Below are positions 46,594-62,534 of a DNA stretch of 64,000 nucleotides, one piece after another (position 1 is the first letter of the stretch; each line of letters begins with the position of its first letter). The DNA comes from Eledone cirrhosa (taxonomy: Eukaryota). The stretch spans positions 109,926,001 through 109,990,000 of the forward strand of contig OZ024743.1 of NCBI GenBank assembly GCA_964016885.1, in the 5' to 3' direction. Below the pieces are notes generated by a model. That model saw only the letters and a list, made by a program, of their open reading frames with translations, searched no databases and was not told the origin of the DNA. The translations under genes and the position numbers were made by a program.

Positions 46594-47776
46594 ATACTTT
46601 GGGAGGGTCATGTTGCCAATAAGAAACACATGCACCAGTTGCTTTCACTTCAATTTAATTTAATATATATTTATAAATTTACAAATTTATAAATTTCTGG
46701 TTGGTTGGTTGGTTCCACAACCAGATAGTTGTTTATATATATATAGTCATAGTTCTTTCGTCACACACTCTGTGACCTCTTCAGTGACTGGGGATTTCTT
46801 TCTTCGTTTCTGTGCCTTTCCTTTCTTCTATCCTACGCCATTTTGTTTGTGTGTGGGTTGCGTGCTCAGTTTGCGCATGCGCCACATCCGGGTGTCTGTG
46901 TGTGTTTGTGTTCATTTTTCTATTTTTCTATTTATATTTGTTTGTTTATTTATTTATTTATTGTTGGTTGGTTGTTTGTTCTATGTGTGTGTGTGTTTTC
47001 ATTTTGTCTTGTGTGTGTTTTCATTTTGTGTGTGTTTTCAATTGTAAGTTGTTTATATATGTGTGTGTGTGTTTTCATTTTGTCCTTAATTGTAAGTTGT
47101 GATGTTGCTGTTCCACTCATATTTTCTATTTAATTTTGGTTTTAATTCTTTTATGCTTACTGCCTCTGTAATTTGCCTAAACATTGCGTCTTTCTTGTGT
47201 GTGGATTCTATTTTTATTTCTATGCTCTCTAATTTACCCCTGTGTTCTATCTTAGCATGTTGGTAGAGCACAGATGATTCTTTACTATCTTGGAGGTCTC
47301 GCCAGTGTTCATTTATTCGTTCCCCTATACTACGAGCTGTCTCACCTATGTACACTATATTTTTGTTTCTACATTGTCCCTCAGTACATCTTATGCTATA
47401 TACTACATTTCTAGTTTTACAGTTAATATGGGGGCTTATTTTACAGGTTATACATTTCTTATCTATACATGAGGGTCTTTGGAACGGGTATGTCTTGCTA
47501 ATAAGTGTTTTTACGGAGGTACCAGGTCTTTCTACTATCTTAATATTGAGATTATGTTTCTTTAGGGCCCTTCTAAATTTGTAGGCTAGTTCACCTCTAG
47601 GGGTTGTATTGATTGTATTAAATTGAAGTTGTATTAAATTGAAGTTGTATTAAATTGAAGTGAAAGCAACTGGTGCATGTGTTTCTTATTGGCAACATGA
47701 CCCTCCCAAAGTATAACAATATCGGTTTCAACACACGATTTCAGATAAAGAATCTTGCTAAACAAATTCAGAAACG

Positions 47777-47778
<2 letters not shown>
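46588..47778 (-). mobile_element. PLE family J: GIY-YIG 3' part, UTR, HHR and inverted tail
   Basis: Open frame ~47086-47615. HHR at 46745-46789 (AGTCA-CTGAAGA-G GTCAC..GTGAC-GAAA-GAAC-TA-TGACT). 46588-46660 is inverted at 47650-47721. Confidence 0.88.
47086..47615 (-). CDS. PLE GIY-YIG endonuclease domain (5'-truncated; frame extends beyond the listed ORF)
   Basis: TPRGEL..VERPG..CIDKKCITC..NCKTRNVVY..C..C..VYIGETARS..ER..EH..RQITEA..LNRKYEW. Confidence 0.8.
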
Positions 47779-47821
<43 letters not shown>

Positions 47822-47825
<4 letters not shown>

Positions 47826-48128
47826 AAAGAAATAGGAATTTCACTTCAAGAATAGCTTTATACAATATGTATAAATATTTCGTATCTCTAAATAAATACG
47901 GTTTTAAGAAGCCGTAGCTATGTAAACACAGTGGGCTAACGTCCTTTGGTGATGTCCAGCAGAAGCAAGGGGGACAACCGTCTATGCATTTCAGGCTTAA
48001 CTGGCCTTCTTCAGGGCGGTCCCGCCGACCTCTTGAGACTGCTGGACTTGAATACAGGCGAGAATATATAGATATCTCGTCTGTGTATTAATCTCATTTG
48101 CATATGAAGCTGCATAAGTTGGCTCAAC
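47822..48128 (-). mobile_element. Family I retrozyme-like unit (duplicated copy)
   Basis: HHR at 47979-48018 (CTGAAGA core); octamer at 48096-48103. Confidence 0.85.
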
Positions 48129-48130
48129 TA

Positions 48131-48198
<68 letters not shown>

Positions 48199-48958
48199 CT
48201 ATGTTTCCTTTCTTCTTTTTTCATTGTTTACCTGTGTAGGGACCTGGTTAGTCAGTCTGGTCACTACTTCTGATCAGATCCAAGAATAGCCCTTAAAAGG
48301 ACTGTTGTCTCATGCGATAAGGATGGACAGACCAAAGCACAAGTTCAAAAGGACGAACCAGGCGAGAGATGTAGTTTCCTTCAGCTATTTATTTTCATAC
48401 ATGAAGCGACGATACAGAGGTACACGGCGTGCTTGAGTGACAAGCGTGACAGAGGAAAGGAACAACGATACGCTAGCTGACTCTGCCAAAGGTGGATTGG
48501 CGAATGTGTTTGGAACCACTCTATTTATACAAAAATAATCGGTTGATGTTTAGCCACTGCGTTGGCGTTTTATTTTAGTGGCTTTAACGGTTGTTTGTTC
48601 CACGGTGAGGTGGAACAAAGCAGATAGATGGCGCTGTTTATTTCACATATGTTATTTCCGGTGGCTGTACACCTGTTTTTTTTTTTCCCGAGAAAACTCT
48701 GCAAACCTGTTATGGCTTAATTGGTATACTTTATTGTTTCGACATCTGTCTCACGCAACGGACAGGCCTTTGGCTAATATTAGTCGATGTAAGCCTAGGT
48801 CGGACAGAAGTAATGTCGAGAAGTTCCTCTCGACGGTTGAAGAGCTTGGTAATCAGAGTTTCTCGTTCAACCTATAATTTCCAAAAGAATAATTTTTAAG
48901 GTTTCCTCTTAACTATTTCCTGCTTTGTTTTCCGAACTATTTTGTCCCTCTCCACCCT

Positions 48959-49126
<168 letters not shown>

Positions 49127-49667
49127 TTGATATTTTGCTGAACTCCTTGTAGAGTTTTTTTCAGAATGTATTTGACTGCTATTTCTTGTAAATAAACATT
49201 CACTTCCATCCTGACGTCACTAGCCCCGTTTTTTCCTCATGTGCTTTTTCATAAATACACATGAAGGCGAACTAGCCAGTTTTAGAATTCCCTTTTTCGG
49301 ATTATATTACTGTGAGAGCCCTGGTTTTCTGTTGAGCTCTGCTGATGAATGAAATTCCAACCGTGACCATCTCCACTGAAAGTTTTCATGAAATAGTCTT
49401 TTAAGACTATACAGAGCATTTGATGTTATTCCAAATTGAAGGATAAGTGTTTCAAACTTTATTTTATCATGAGTTAAAGGTCTATAGATTTTTCCCTGGA
49501 TTTTACTAAATTCTGTGGATGAATTTATATCCTGATTCTCTTTTGAGATGAGTTTGAGTTATTTTTCCTAAATCTTTCGTTAACTACTTTTCCCATCTTG
49601 ACGTTATAGTCGCTTATATGTTATAGAATGCCGTTAGCTTCTTGCTAAATCAATCTCTTTCCCTCTC

Positions 49668-49734
<67 letters not shown>

Positions 49735-49827
49735 TACTTAGGTTAATAGGGGTTAGGTATTGTATACCCGTGTCCCATTAAGGTATTGGCAGCATAATAA
49801 TTATCTCTATGCTTTGGAGCAGAACCG

Positions 49828-52562
49828 TATATATGAAAAAGAACACAAGAGCGTCTACAACATCAAAAGATTTGTATTGGCTTACAATGTTTCTTCCTTA
49901 CGTAACCGTAGGATTCGTCAGAGCTATAAAAGGGGTTTGATTGGTGTTATGGACTCTACCAACCAAACATTCAAGAACAAAGAGTAAAGAGAGTAAAGAG
50001 CAAAAGTAGGGGACGATAAGTCTAATTTTGGTGCGGGAGGGTGGGGTGTGGGTACTTGTTTACTAGCTGCGGTCATATTCATTCCCGGGAGTCGGGTGGT
50101 TAGCTGAACCATAAATGGGGTGGCGTCGATAGTATGGTGCAGAGGGTGCGCAGAGGCTACACAAACACAAAGGGCATACAATATATATATATATATATAT
50201 AGCAGAGGAGAAAGTACATGAGATAATTAGAAATGGAAAAAGAGTAATAATAATAATCTATAATTAATAGTGTATAAGAAGGCATGGGGAAGATTACACT
50301 ATAATAAGGTATAAAAGTAAGAATAAGGTAAAATATAAAGGAGGATAAAAGTGGAAATAATAAAGATAAAAAAATATATAGAGAATATATAAAGAAATAT
50401 AAGCGAATATTTGGAGGGGAAAACACAATGTAAAAAAATCGATTTTTTTCAAATAATAATAAAAATATAATAATTATGGGGGGAGAAAACGGGATAGAAA
50501 AATATGATCAAGTGTGATTAGTTGAGAGAATATAAGATGATAATAGTTATGTCAAGTTTATACATCTTAATAATAAATAATATGTGTATCAGAGTTGCAG
50601 AACCTTCAATTCACTTACGGGTTCAAGCCACGTGGCATGGTCCATTGTTTATTTGTGCGGTCATGTGCGTTTGTTTTTGACACCACAGCAGATGCACAAG
50701 TTCGTAAATTCCAATGCAGATATAACTCTATTTTTGCTCACCCGGACATTGACGGAGGATCCAATATTCCTAGTTCAATATGTGTTTTGTGTTATTTTGG
50801 TCGCACAAATCAATCACTTGGTTCAATATTATGGAGTTTGGTTTTCTGGTCTTCGTAACAGTGTCAGTGGTTGTATATCTGGAAATCACAAGGATCACAG
50901 TACTCCGGTTTGGTGTGATTATCGGTCATCTAGCTATGTTGTTGGTGGTTGGATTCAATTCTATTCGCCCGAACGTTGAACTTTGGTGTCGATAGGACAT
51001 TAACGAGGCAGGGTGAGATCGCATCTGTGGTACAAAACGGTACGCAAGGAAATTCTTCGTCTTCGTTTCATCCGGGTCCAGCAGTCACGTGCAAGAACCG
51101 CTACGTAGTAATTGTGGGGTTAATCGGTCAAGTCAGCAACTGACCGAAAATTCAGGCAGGCATGACAGGCGCGTTTAGGTCGGCAGCTTTTTTATGTGTA
51201 CGTGTGTCCGACACACACAGACACATATTTATATGTATTTCAACTCAAAAGACTCAAATGATTCACCCACTGGTACTAAAATCGGTCAAGACAGCAACTG
51301 GCCGACAATTCCCTTAGGAATTCAGACAGGCATGACAGGTATATTTAGGTCAACAGCTTCTTTATGTGTACGTGTGTCCGATACACACAGACACATATCC
51401 ATATGTAATTCAACTCAAAAAATTCAGTTGATTCCCCTATTGATATTATATCTGTGTTGCCCGGATATGCATACTGTGGTGTTCTGGTCGTGCATAGCAT
51501 TCACTGTGTTTTGCCATTACCTTGGAATGTGATGTTATGGTCATCAATAGGCCGGCAAGCGCATTTCGCTCTTATATTGCGGAGAATGGTGTTCTGGTCC
51601 TCAGTAAACATTTGGGTCAGCAGGAGGGGTGGTGGTTCTCAGTTTCAACTACGACAATACATATGTGTTACTCTGCATATCGTGCTCCTCTCAGAGAAGA
51701 GTATTATAGGCGGAATTCGTGCCACACACCACATATAGAGAGAATTTATACAGAAAAGTATACATACATATAGACATACATACACACATCATACACTTAC
51801 ACATACACACTCATATGCATACATACATATATTCACATACATGTCACATATACACATACACACAATATAATACGCATGCATACAATATACAAATATATAT
51901 ATACATACAATATACATGCATACAATGCACGCACACATGCGTGCATGCTTGCACACACGCACGCACACCCACACATATGTGTGCGTGTGTGTGTGCGTGT
52001 GAGAGATAAAAGGAGAATACACACACACACACACACGCAAAAACACCAACCATGTAGGGGACTGCACCACCCTTAGGGTACCTATCTATCTGGGTTACGG
52101 GTTGGGGGGGAAAGGAGGGGAGCTCTAGTCTAGGTGGGGGTTGCGTGATATATGTTACGTCTATGTGCTAGGTTTAAAATAGAAGAAGGAACTAAGGATT
52201 TTGTGTTGGCAAGAGGAGAATATTTCCGATTTCCTGTTAAGCAGGTTCCGTTTAGAGTGTATTATGGCATGGCATTCCAGTAAACACAGGTCACAACGGG
52301 AATGAATATGACCGGGAATGAATATGACCGCAGCTAGTAAACAAGGACCCACACCCCACCCTCCCGCACCAAAATTAGACTTATCGTCCCCTACTTTTGC
52401 TCTTTACTCTCTTTACTCTTTGTTCTTGAATGTTTGGTTGGTAGAGTCTATAACACCAATCAAACCCCCTTTTATAGCTCTGACGAATCCTACGGTTACG
52501 TAAGGAAGAAACATTGTAAGCCAATAAAAATCTGTTGATGTTGTAGACGCTCTTGTGTTCTT

Positions 52563-52570
<8 letters not shown>
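49828..52570 (-). mobile_element. Naiad-type PLE 3' remnant with ~255 bp inverted terminal repeats carrying HHRs (family K)
   Basis: RCDLCLLE..LLNRKSEIFSSCQH at 52161-52300. HHRs at 49879-49925 (-) and 52476-52522 (+): GCT-CTGACGA-stem II-GAAA-CATTG-TA-AGC. Confidence 0.85.
51118..51437. repeat. Two ~158 bp tandem units
   Basis: ATCGGTCAAG..GGCATGACAGG..TTTATGTGTACGTGTGTCCGA begins at 51123 and 51281. Confidence 0.85.
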
Positions 52571-52621
<51 letters not shown>

Positions 52622-52910
52622 AAAATATATTTAATTCGTTTGGAAGCCTCGACAATGCAAATGGGTAAATCTCCGGGTAACAAGGTCCGGTAGTGGAGAG
52701 ATAGATGTAAGTGGGTGTACGTTGAGATGCGTGGTGTGTTTAAGATGTGTGAGATATAGTGGTAGAACACTGGAAGGTAATAACCGTATTGGTAGAGCAC
52801 TCAGTCCATGGGACGAGTTAGGTAGTAGTGGTTACACAACAGTTAGTTCACCATACCGCTAAGGTGAAACATTTGTTCTCGGTATGGTCACCTAACTGTT
52901 GTGTAACCAC

Positions 52911-53576
<666 letters not shown>

Positions 53577-54113
53577 TATATATACATATATATACTTATA
53601 TATACATATATACATATATAGGTGTGTGTGTGTGCATACCATTTAAGTTAGTCTAGCAAATTGCTAGAACTGGTGGATTTGGTTACCACACAACGATGCA
53701 AAAAGTTGATTAATGCACTCAAAGGTATGCAAGTCAACCATTGTAGATGGGGTATCCAGTAGCTGGTATATGAAGGGACTGACTCGTAACAATGTTATTC
53801 AGGCAGTCCCCGAATCGAATTTACGTTCTTCAATTTACTCTTTGATATTCATTTTCCCCTTACATCATATGTTTGGGTTCAACGTAATCCTGTAAAGTAA
53901 TTATGTGGGAGTTACCTGATAAGATCCTGCCGGATTGCATTATAATTCGATGAAGATGTGTAATCTAATTATGTATAGTGATTTCGCAGAACTAATATTT
54001 TAAATCAACAATTCCAGTCCGGCTTCTGGTGTTATTTAAAGAGTATACACACACACTCACATACAGACATACACACACACAAACATACATACACACACAC
54101 CCACACACACACC

Positions 54114-54163
<50 letters not shown>

Positions 54164-54199
54164 AACAATCACACACACATACACATATATATATATATA

Positions 54200-55080
54200 T
54201 TATTATACTTTGGGAGGGTCATGATATCAATACAATCACACGCACTTGTTGGTTGGTTCGATAACCGGAAGGTTGTTTATATATTGTCAAAGCTCTTTCG
54301 AAAAACATTGTGTGACCTCCTCATTGACTAGGATTTTACTTTGAATATCTTGTTTGTTCTGTCCTATACCATCTTGTTTGTGTGTGCTTATATTGCGCAT
54401 GGCTTATATACTTGTGTGTCTGTGTGTATGCGTGTTTATTTATTTATTTATGTGTTTATTTATTTGTTGCATGTTGGTTGGCTGTTCCATCTGTGCGTAT
54501 CTGATTCATTTTCTTAGTTTGGTTTCTGTGCGTGTAAGACAAATCACAGAGGCGACAACCTATAGACGAACTCCAAACAAAATTAAACAGAAAATATGAG
54601 TGGAATAGCAACATCACAATTAGTAATTAAGGATAAAATGAAGACATACAGACACCTACAAATCCAAACTATCAAAACAAATAAGACACACACAGAACAA
54701 ACAACCAGCTAGTGACAAGTAAATAAACACATGAAAAAAAATAAATAAAAACACAGACACGCGGATGTTAAGCATACGCAAACTAAGCCCTCAACACACA
54801 AACAAAACAAGATGGTGTACGACAGAACAAATGACAGACAAAAAAAAAAAACCTAGTCACTGAGGGGGTCAGAGAATATGTGAGAAAAGAGCTTTGACAA
54901 TTCATAAGCATTCTTCCGGTTATAGAACCAGCCAACCAACTGGAAATTTATTGTAAATTGAAGTTAAAACCAATATGTGAGTGGGTTTTTATTGGCAGCG
55001 TGATCTTCGCAAAGTATACCAATATATGTTACAATACACGTTCAGATAAAAAATCTTGCAAAACAAATTCAAAACAAAAT
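54200..55080. mobile_element. PLE family J, diverged tail-to-tail copy
   Basis: Central RQITEA remnant; degenerate HHRs at ~54286-54329 (-) and ~54855-54899 (+). Confidence 0.75.
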
Positions 55081-55191
55081 ATACACACACACACATACAC
55101 ATACACACACACACATACACACACACATACACACACACACACACATGCACGCACACATTCACACACATACACACACACACACATACATATA

Positions 55192-55314
<123 letters not shown>

Positions 55315-55319
55315 CAAAT

Positions 55320-56249
55320 AGTTTTCTCTCTATATGTCTGAATACAATAAATGTAATCTGAGTTTTTCGAATATTAATAATAATATTCTATTCATTTGCA
55401 ATTATGCAAACAGCCTCTTTTATGCTATGCTGGTAGAATGAGCCCTCCATTCTTACTCTTGTGTTGGCATGTAAACAGAACTGCAGACGCTAAATTTTTC
55501 TTGGTGATTACCCTTAATTAGTGCAGTTTACTGCTCACCTTCCAACTTTCAGCGCTAATGAAAGTATATGATATTTTCTTAAACAAGACTGATCGGCCTA
55601 ATTTGCATAGTATCAGCCTGGCTGATCAGACAGAACTGCATGTTAGCAGATACACTGATCAGCCAGGTTTGCCTCTAAACAGATAGACCAGTTAGTTTCA
55701 TGTATACGAGCGATTAATAGCCGGCTTTGCCATAATCATATAACTAACAAATATTTATCGCTCTCCATGGCTGAAAAACTAAAAGGTTATCTGAGTTTTT
55801 CGAATATTAATAATTGTTTCTACATTTGGCACAAGGCCAGCAATTAAGCAGTACATTACTGGTACATTATTCTATCGACCTGGTAAGGATGAAATGCAAA
55901 GTTAACTCTGGCGGGATTTCAACTCATGGCGGGAATATTAATATGGCTGATCATTGGACCTACTAATATGAACATCTGACTGATCAGCCAGTCTGCTAAT
56001 ATGCAAACCAGGCCTGTATATTTCAAGAAATATCGTATATTTCCACTAGCTCTGACAGTTGGCAGGTGATAAGTAAACAGCACTGATGAAGGGTATCACC
56101 AAGAACTATTAGTATCTGCAGTTCTGTTTACATGCCAAAACAAGAGCGAATGAGGGGCTTATTCTATTGACATAGCTTAAAGAATATTTTTGCATAATTG
56201 CAAACGGACCGAATATTATTATTAATATAAAAAAAACTCAGTTTACATT

Positions 56250-56250
<1 letters not shown>
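55320..56250. mobile_element. HHR repeat family A, inverted pair, with a SINE fragment at 55815-55930
   Basis: Homologous to 84-462. HHR motifs at 55481-55526 (-, decayed) and 56078-56121 (+). Octamer at 55601 and a variant at 56001. Confidence 0.75.
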
Positions 56251-56299
<49 letters not shown>

Positions 56300-56306
<7 letters not shown>

Positions 56307-56631
56307 CAAAACGAGAAATCAGTGATGCATCTGAAATCAATTTATTGTGTGTTACAATTGTTTCGCCGGCAGACAGCTCGAGACACGATCATTGCATGGA
56401 TCTTTTCTGACTCTGGACCTGCGGGCTCGTCGGACATGTCAAATGCTTTCGGAGCAAATTCTTTCCCTGGGGTGTTGGCGTCAAAAAAATCATCTTCGTA
56501 CTTCTCGTTATTGGCTGCTGCTTTTCTACGTCATCGTAATTCTGACAAACAATTCGGCTGACCATTCTGCCACACTTCGATGAGTTACTACTGGGATTGG
56601 TAGTTCACACGTCCACGTGCGCACTCACACG

Positions 56632-56671
<40 letters not shown>

Positions 56672-56766
56672 CACACACGCACACACACACACACACCACA
56701 CACTCAATGTGTAAGACACAATAAATTGATTTCAGATGCATCACTGATTTTTCGTTTCATATTATA
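56300..56766. mobile_element. Small insert with ~60 bp inverted tails and a decayed HHR
   Basis: Minus strand 56349-56386: GTGT-CT(--)CGA-GCTG TCTGC CGGC-GAAA-CAATTG-TA-ACAC. Confidence 0.65.
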
Positions 56767-56849
56767 CCATACTCTGCTCTGTAAGAGCATAGAGTGCTCA
56801 ACCGGCATACGGCCATAGAAGCATCTTAGCTACTATCACACACACACAT

Positions 56850-56900
<51 letters not shown>

Positions 56901-56909
56901 CATATATAT

Positions 56910-57107
56910 TGTTTCTCGATCGACTTTCGTCAAATCGTTGGTCTTTCCAATTGCTAATACTATCTATCGGTCGCAACTCCAGGTAGAAGGAGCAACGTGA
57001 AATAAAGTGTCTTGCTCAAGGACATAACGCATCGCCTGGTCCAGGAATCGAACTCACAACCTTACGATTCCGAATCCAATTCCCTAACCACTCAGCCACA
57101 CGCCTTC
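56910..57107 (-). mobile_element. tRNA-derived SINE, second family
   Basis: A box TGGCTGAGTGG, B box GAGTTCGATTCC, body GTCCTTGAGCAAGACACTT. Confidence 0.85.
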
Positions 57108-57110
57108 ACT

Positions 57111-57149
<39 letters not shown>

Positions 57150-57191
57150 ATATATATTTATTTATATATATATATTATATATATATATATA

Positions 57192-57243
<52 letters not shown>

Positions 57244-57249
<6 letters not shown>

Positions 57250-57530
57250 TTGTTGCTCTGAAATAGCTATATATATATGAATGTATATATAGTGTATTTT
57301 GTAATACACTGTATGCTTAATAAAAATCATTTTGAAGACCTTATGCTATTGTTTTAGAGTAGTGACAGACTCATTTACTTTAATTTCAGCAAACAGGGGG
57401 ATAAATAAAGCTGACAAGGCCTTTTTTCTGCATTTATTGATGCTTATCAAAGCCAACTACTCCTCCCGTTTGCTGAGGACCTGGATGTTTTGGTTCTTAT
57501 AGAATTCTAGTTAATAATCAGATAAGAAAT
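57244..57530 (-). mobile_element. Family L single-arm copy
   Basis: Matches 52995-53272; HHR at 57409-57454 retains TTGATAA. Confidence 0.85.
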
Positions 57531-57537
57531 TCAACAA

Positions 57538-58775
<1,238 letters not shown>

Positions 58776-58821
58776 TATATATATATATTTATATATATAT
58801 ATATATATATATATAAATGTA

Positions 58822-58852
<31 letters not shown>

Positions 58853-58904
58853 GAAAGATGTAAAATAAGAAAATTATAAAAATTAACTTACTTACTAACA
58901 TTTC

Positions 58905-58985
58905 ACTCCAACTAATTAGTTTCTGAAAGTGAATAAACATGGTTTCCGAATGGAACATGGAGAATACCTTTCGTCATCAGGAAGT
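58905..58985 (-). ncRNA. Type I hammerhead motif with extended stem II
   Basis: ACTTC-CTGATGA-C GAAAG...CTTTC A-GAAA-CTAATTAG-TT-GGAGT. Confidence 0.65.
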
Positions 58986-59019
58986 CAAAAAAATTTCCGG
59001 ACTTTCGTATATATATATA

Positions 59020-60601
59020 TATATGAAAGTCTGGAAAGTTTTTTGGTTGAAAATAAAATTAAAAAAATTAAAAATAAAATTACAAAGAATCAGTCCGGAG
59101 ACTTGTACTTATGTAATAGATGTTTGGTGACGTGTGGACAACGTGTGAAACATTCACTTCTCGTCTTTAGGCAATCACTATTGCCTAATCTCTTTAGGAT
59201 ATTTATTCGTTCGTCAATACGTAAGCCATACGTCGGATTTCCCCTTGCGTATGGCTTGGACTTAGTGATGGGTTTCCATTGAATGGAGTACCGTATACTT
59301 GAGTCCTTGAGGGATCATACGTGACTCGCGAGTTTCGTGGATGAACGTCTGTCCGGTTATCTGAAGGTAGACTGGTGGTTCAGGAAACTATCCTTGAATC
59401 GGCCCTCCTCGATGCCCACATAGGATTTGACTTCCTGTGGTTCGTTTGGTCGGTTGGAAGTGACCACAGCTTCATAGATTACAGCTGGAGTGTTGCATTG
59501 TTGTAGAAGGGGACAAGCTTCAGGCTTATGGCAAGAGCACCCTGGTGGGGTGTTGCTCCTAGGGCTGCTGGTGATGTGGCCTTCATTTTCTTAGCGCAGG
59601 AGTATCCTAGTTTAACATTGTGTCGGTTAAAGATGGAGTGGCATGTATGACCTATGGGGAAGTGTCTATCTAAGAGGGCTAGACATTTTTTTTCCGACAT
59701 TCGTTTTACCGTTGAGTGAGAAGGGAGGAGAGAACAAGATAGTTTGTCTATTGATGCGCTTACTTTTTTTAATGGTGTTGTTGCTAGTGGGAGAGTAGGT
59801 GATAGGTTGTGAGAAGCCGCTGTTAGCCAACGCCGTGTTATAGTAGGGTGCCGCCCTGTCAAATATAGCCTTATTAGAGGAGAGGTTTGAGATTCTTGTA
59901 CTGATATTCTTAACGAAGTTTCTAAAAACAGTGGGATGGTGCATGAGTCCTTGTGAATGTAATTATGGAGCGTTTCCTGAACCACCAGTCTACCTTCAGA
60001 TACCCGGACATACGTTCATCCACGAAACTCGCGAGCCACGTATGGTCCCTAAAGGACTCAAGTATAGGGCACTCCATTCAATGAAAAGCCATCACTAAGT
60101 CCAAGCCATACGCAAGGGGATATCCGATTGTGGCTTATGTATTGACGAACGAATAACTATCCAAAAGAGATTACGCAATAGTGATTGCCTAAACACGAGA
60201 AATGAATTTTTCACAAGTTGTCCACACGTCACCAAACATCTATTACATAACTACAAGGCCCGGACTGATTGTTTGTAATTTTATTTAAAAATTTGTTATT
60301 TTATTTTCAACCAAAAACTTTCTGGTCTTTCGCAGTTATCTCCCTTACCCCCCCCCCACCCCCACACACACACATACGCAGTCTACTATTGCCTGTGTGA
60401 AGTGACCGAGTTTCTGCGCATGCGCGTTCGTACGGTTGTCCTTCTTGTTCCTATAACCATATTCATCCCGAGCTGAAGTTCCGCGAAGGTGAAACAATTG
60501 TTCTCGGTATGGTGAACTAACTGTTGTGTAACCAGGTCTATCTAACTCGTCCCTTGGACTGAGTGCTCTAACACTACGGATATTACCTTCCAGTGTTCCA
60601 C

Positions 60602-60606
<5 letters not shown>
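59020..60606. mobile_element. Naiad-type PLE with an inverted duplication of the GIY-YIG 3' end
   Basis: Minus strand HHPTVF..ISTRISNLSSN..PPFS..VIYEA..YVG. 59025-59388 is the reverse complement of 59973-60332. HHR motif at 60468-60507 (CCGAG-CTGAAGT..GAAA-CAATTG-TT-CTCGG). Confidence 0.85.
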
Positions 60607-60663
<57 letters not shown>

Positions 60664-60754
60664 CCAAAGATTAATATGGTTCATTGATTACTCAATGAAT
60701 ATAGTTTTACAATAGGTTAAAAACACTCTACAAGGAAGTTTCTGGAGTTATTAA

Positions 60755-61089
60755 TATTATTCAGAAGATTAATAAACAAAGACATTCACATAATCAAAAT
60801 ATATATTTTTATTATATATATTTCGAAGGTACTGTGCTGTTGTTTCAGTACGTCCTCGTCAGATAATATACATGAATTGATGTATGACGTGCCTCAACGG
60901 TCTTGGTGGTTCAATTCTAGTATTCGCAATACTGGAATTGAACCATCAAGACCGTTGAGGTACGTCATACATCAATTCATGTATTTTATCTGACGTAGAC
61001 GACTGAAACAACAGCACAGTACCTTCGAAATATATATAATAAAAATATATATTTTGATTATGTGAATGTCTTCATTTATTAATATTCTG

Positions 61090-61097
<8 letters not shown>
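60755..61097. repeat. ~340 bp palindrome with an outward-facing HHR in each arm
   Basis: Centre TATT-CGC-AATA at 60921-60931. HHRs at 60807-60868 (-) and 60984-61044 (+): TTTAT-CTGACGA..GTACTG/CAGTAC..GAAA-TATATA-TA-ATAAA. Confidence 0.85.
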
Positions 61098-61149
<52 letters not shown>

Positions 61150-61157
<8 letters not shown>

Positions 61158-61520
61158 AGAACAAAAGATGGTTAAAGGAGTTCCATGTATTTTATTATGC
61201 GCATTTCAAAAACAAATATCATCATGCAATAATATTTGTGTTTTCATCAGATAAAACAGGAGGACATGATATGAAGTTTAAAAAACACTTGTGGATAGTT
61301 CAGTTTTAAATCAACATATGAGAAGTAGTTTTAGATTGATGTGTGATATTGGGAAAAATATTTTATTTAGAGAGGGGGTGGGGGAAAGGATGAACAAAAG
61401 AAGGAGATGCGAGTTAAGGTGGAGAAGGAGGCGTATAATGAGGAAGGATGAGATAGGAGGAGAGTGCTTCTTATCCGATATCTGCATTGCTTTATTGTAC
61501 TACAATAAAACTCACCTCCT

Positions 61521-61523
<3 letters not shown>
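61150..61523 (-). mobile_element. Family B PLE tail with an intact HHR (61188-61258)
   Basis: Reverse complement of ~1730-2035 with canonical GAAA; adjoined by the 40 bp tag also seen at 729-768. Confidence 0.88.
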
Positions 61524-61557
<34 letters not shown>

Positions 61558-62443
61558 CACACATATACATACATATACATACATATATGCACACATTCTT
61601 CTACATAATTTGTGTTTCGTATATATACACAATATACTGAGTATCTTGGACAATATATGTTCCTTTCCGTCTCAATATAAACAGTCACATTTTTTTTCTC
61701 TTGGATTATTATGGTTCTAGATAAAGTCTATTGAGCTTAATTATTGAGAAACACAAGATTCTGTACATGATTGATATGTTTTGATTCATTATTTAGATAT
61801 AAGCACACACACACACACACACCCACACATACACATACTCATATATATATATATATATATATATATGTAATAGAAAAAACGAAGAAGTTTTGTTTACATG
61901 TGAAAAGTATTTATTGTGTATCGACCTGCTGCGCGTGTTTCGGAGAAGATTGGCCTAAGATGACCCATATATCATTTGTCGCATCACCGTCTGAGGAGCA
62001 TATCGATACTAGAGTCAGGTCCATATGAGGTCGATTGGCCGCTCTCCATCTTTCTCTCTCTCTCACCTGTCCCAAGACAAACATTAAATGAACGAAGATG
62101 TTTATTTCTCCGTTACGAGCCTCCTATTATTGTCAGTAATCTCATTCATCAAAACTAAAGTAGGGTGAGATCTGAAGAGCATATTTTAATGTTTGTGACC
62201 TGTTCTTTTTCAAACATTCTGTTTCTTCTTTCCTATATTCTCTTCCTTCTTTCCAGTCAACTCACACCGAACCGCTGATCTCTGTCCTTCGAGGTAATAT
62301 TTCACCCAACGGCGTTTCGACGGTATTTTGCTATTTTAAAAAGCTTCCATACGCTGAGTGTTTCCCTTTTCCTGAGAATTCTAATACACCAGAGTCTCAA
62401 ACCTAGATTTTCGAGTTAATTTGTTTATATATAAATATATATA

Positions 62444-62534
<91 letters not shown>

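Noticed and set aside
57040-57107. tRNA gene
   Set aside because: The tRNA-like head continues into a SINE body.
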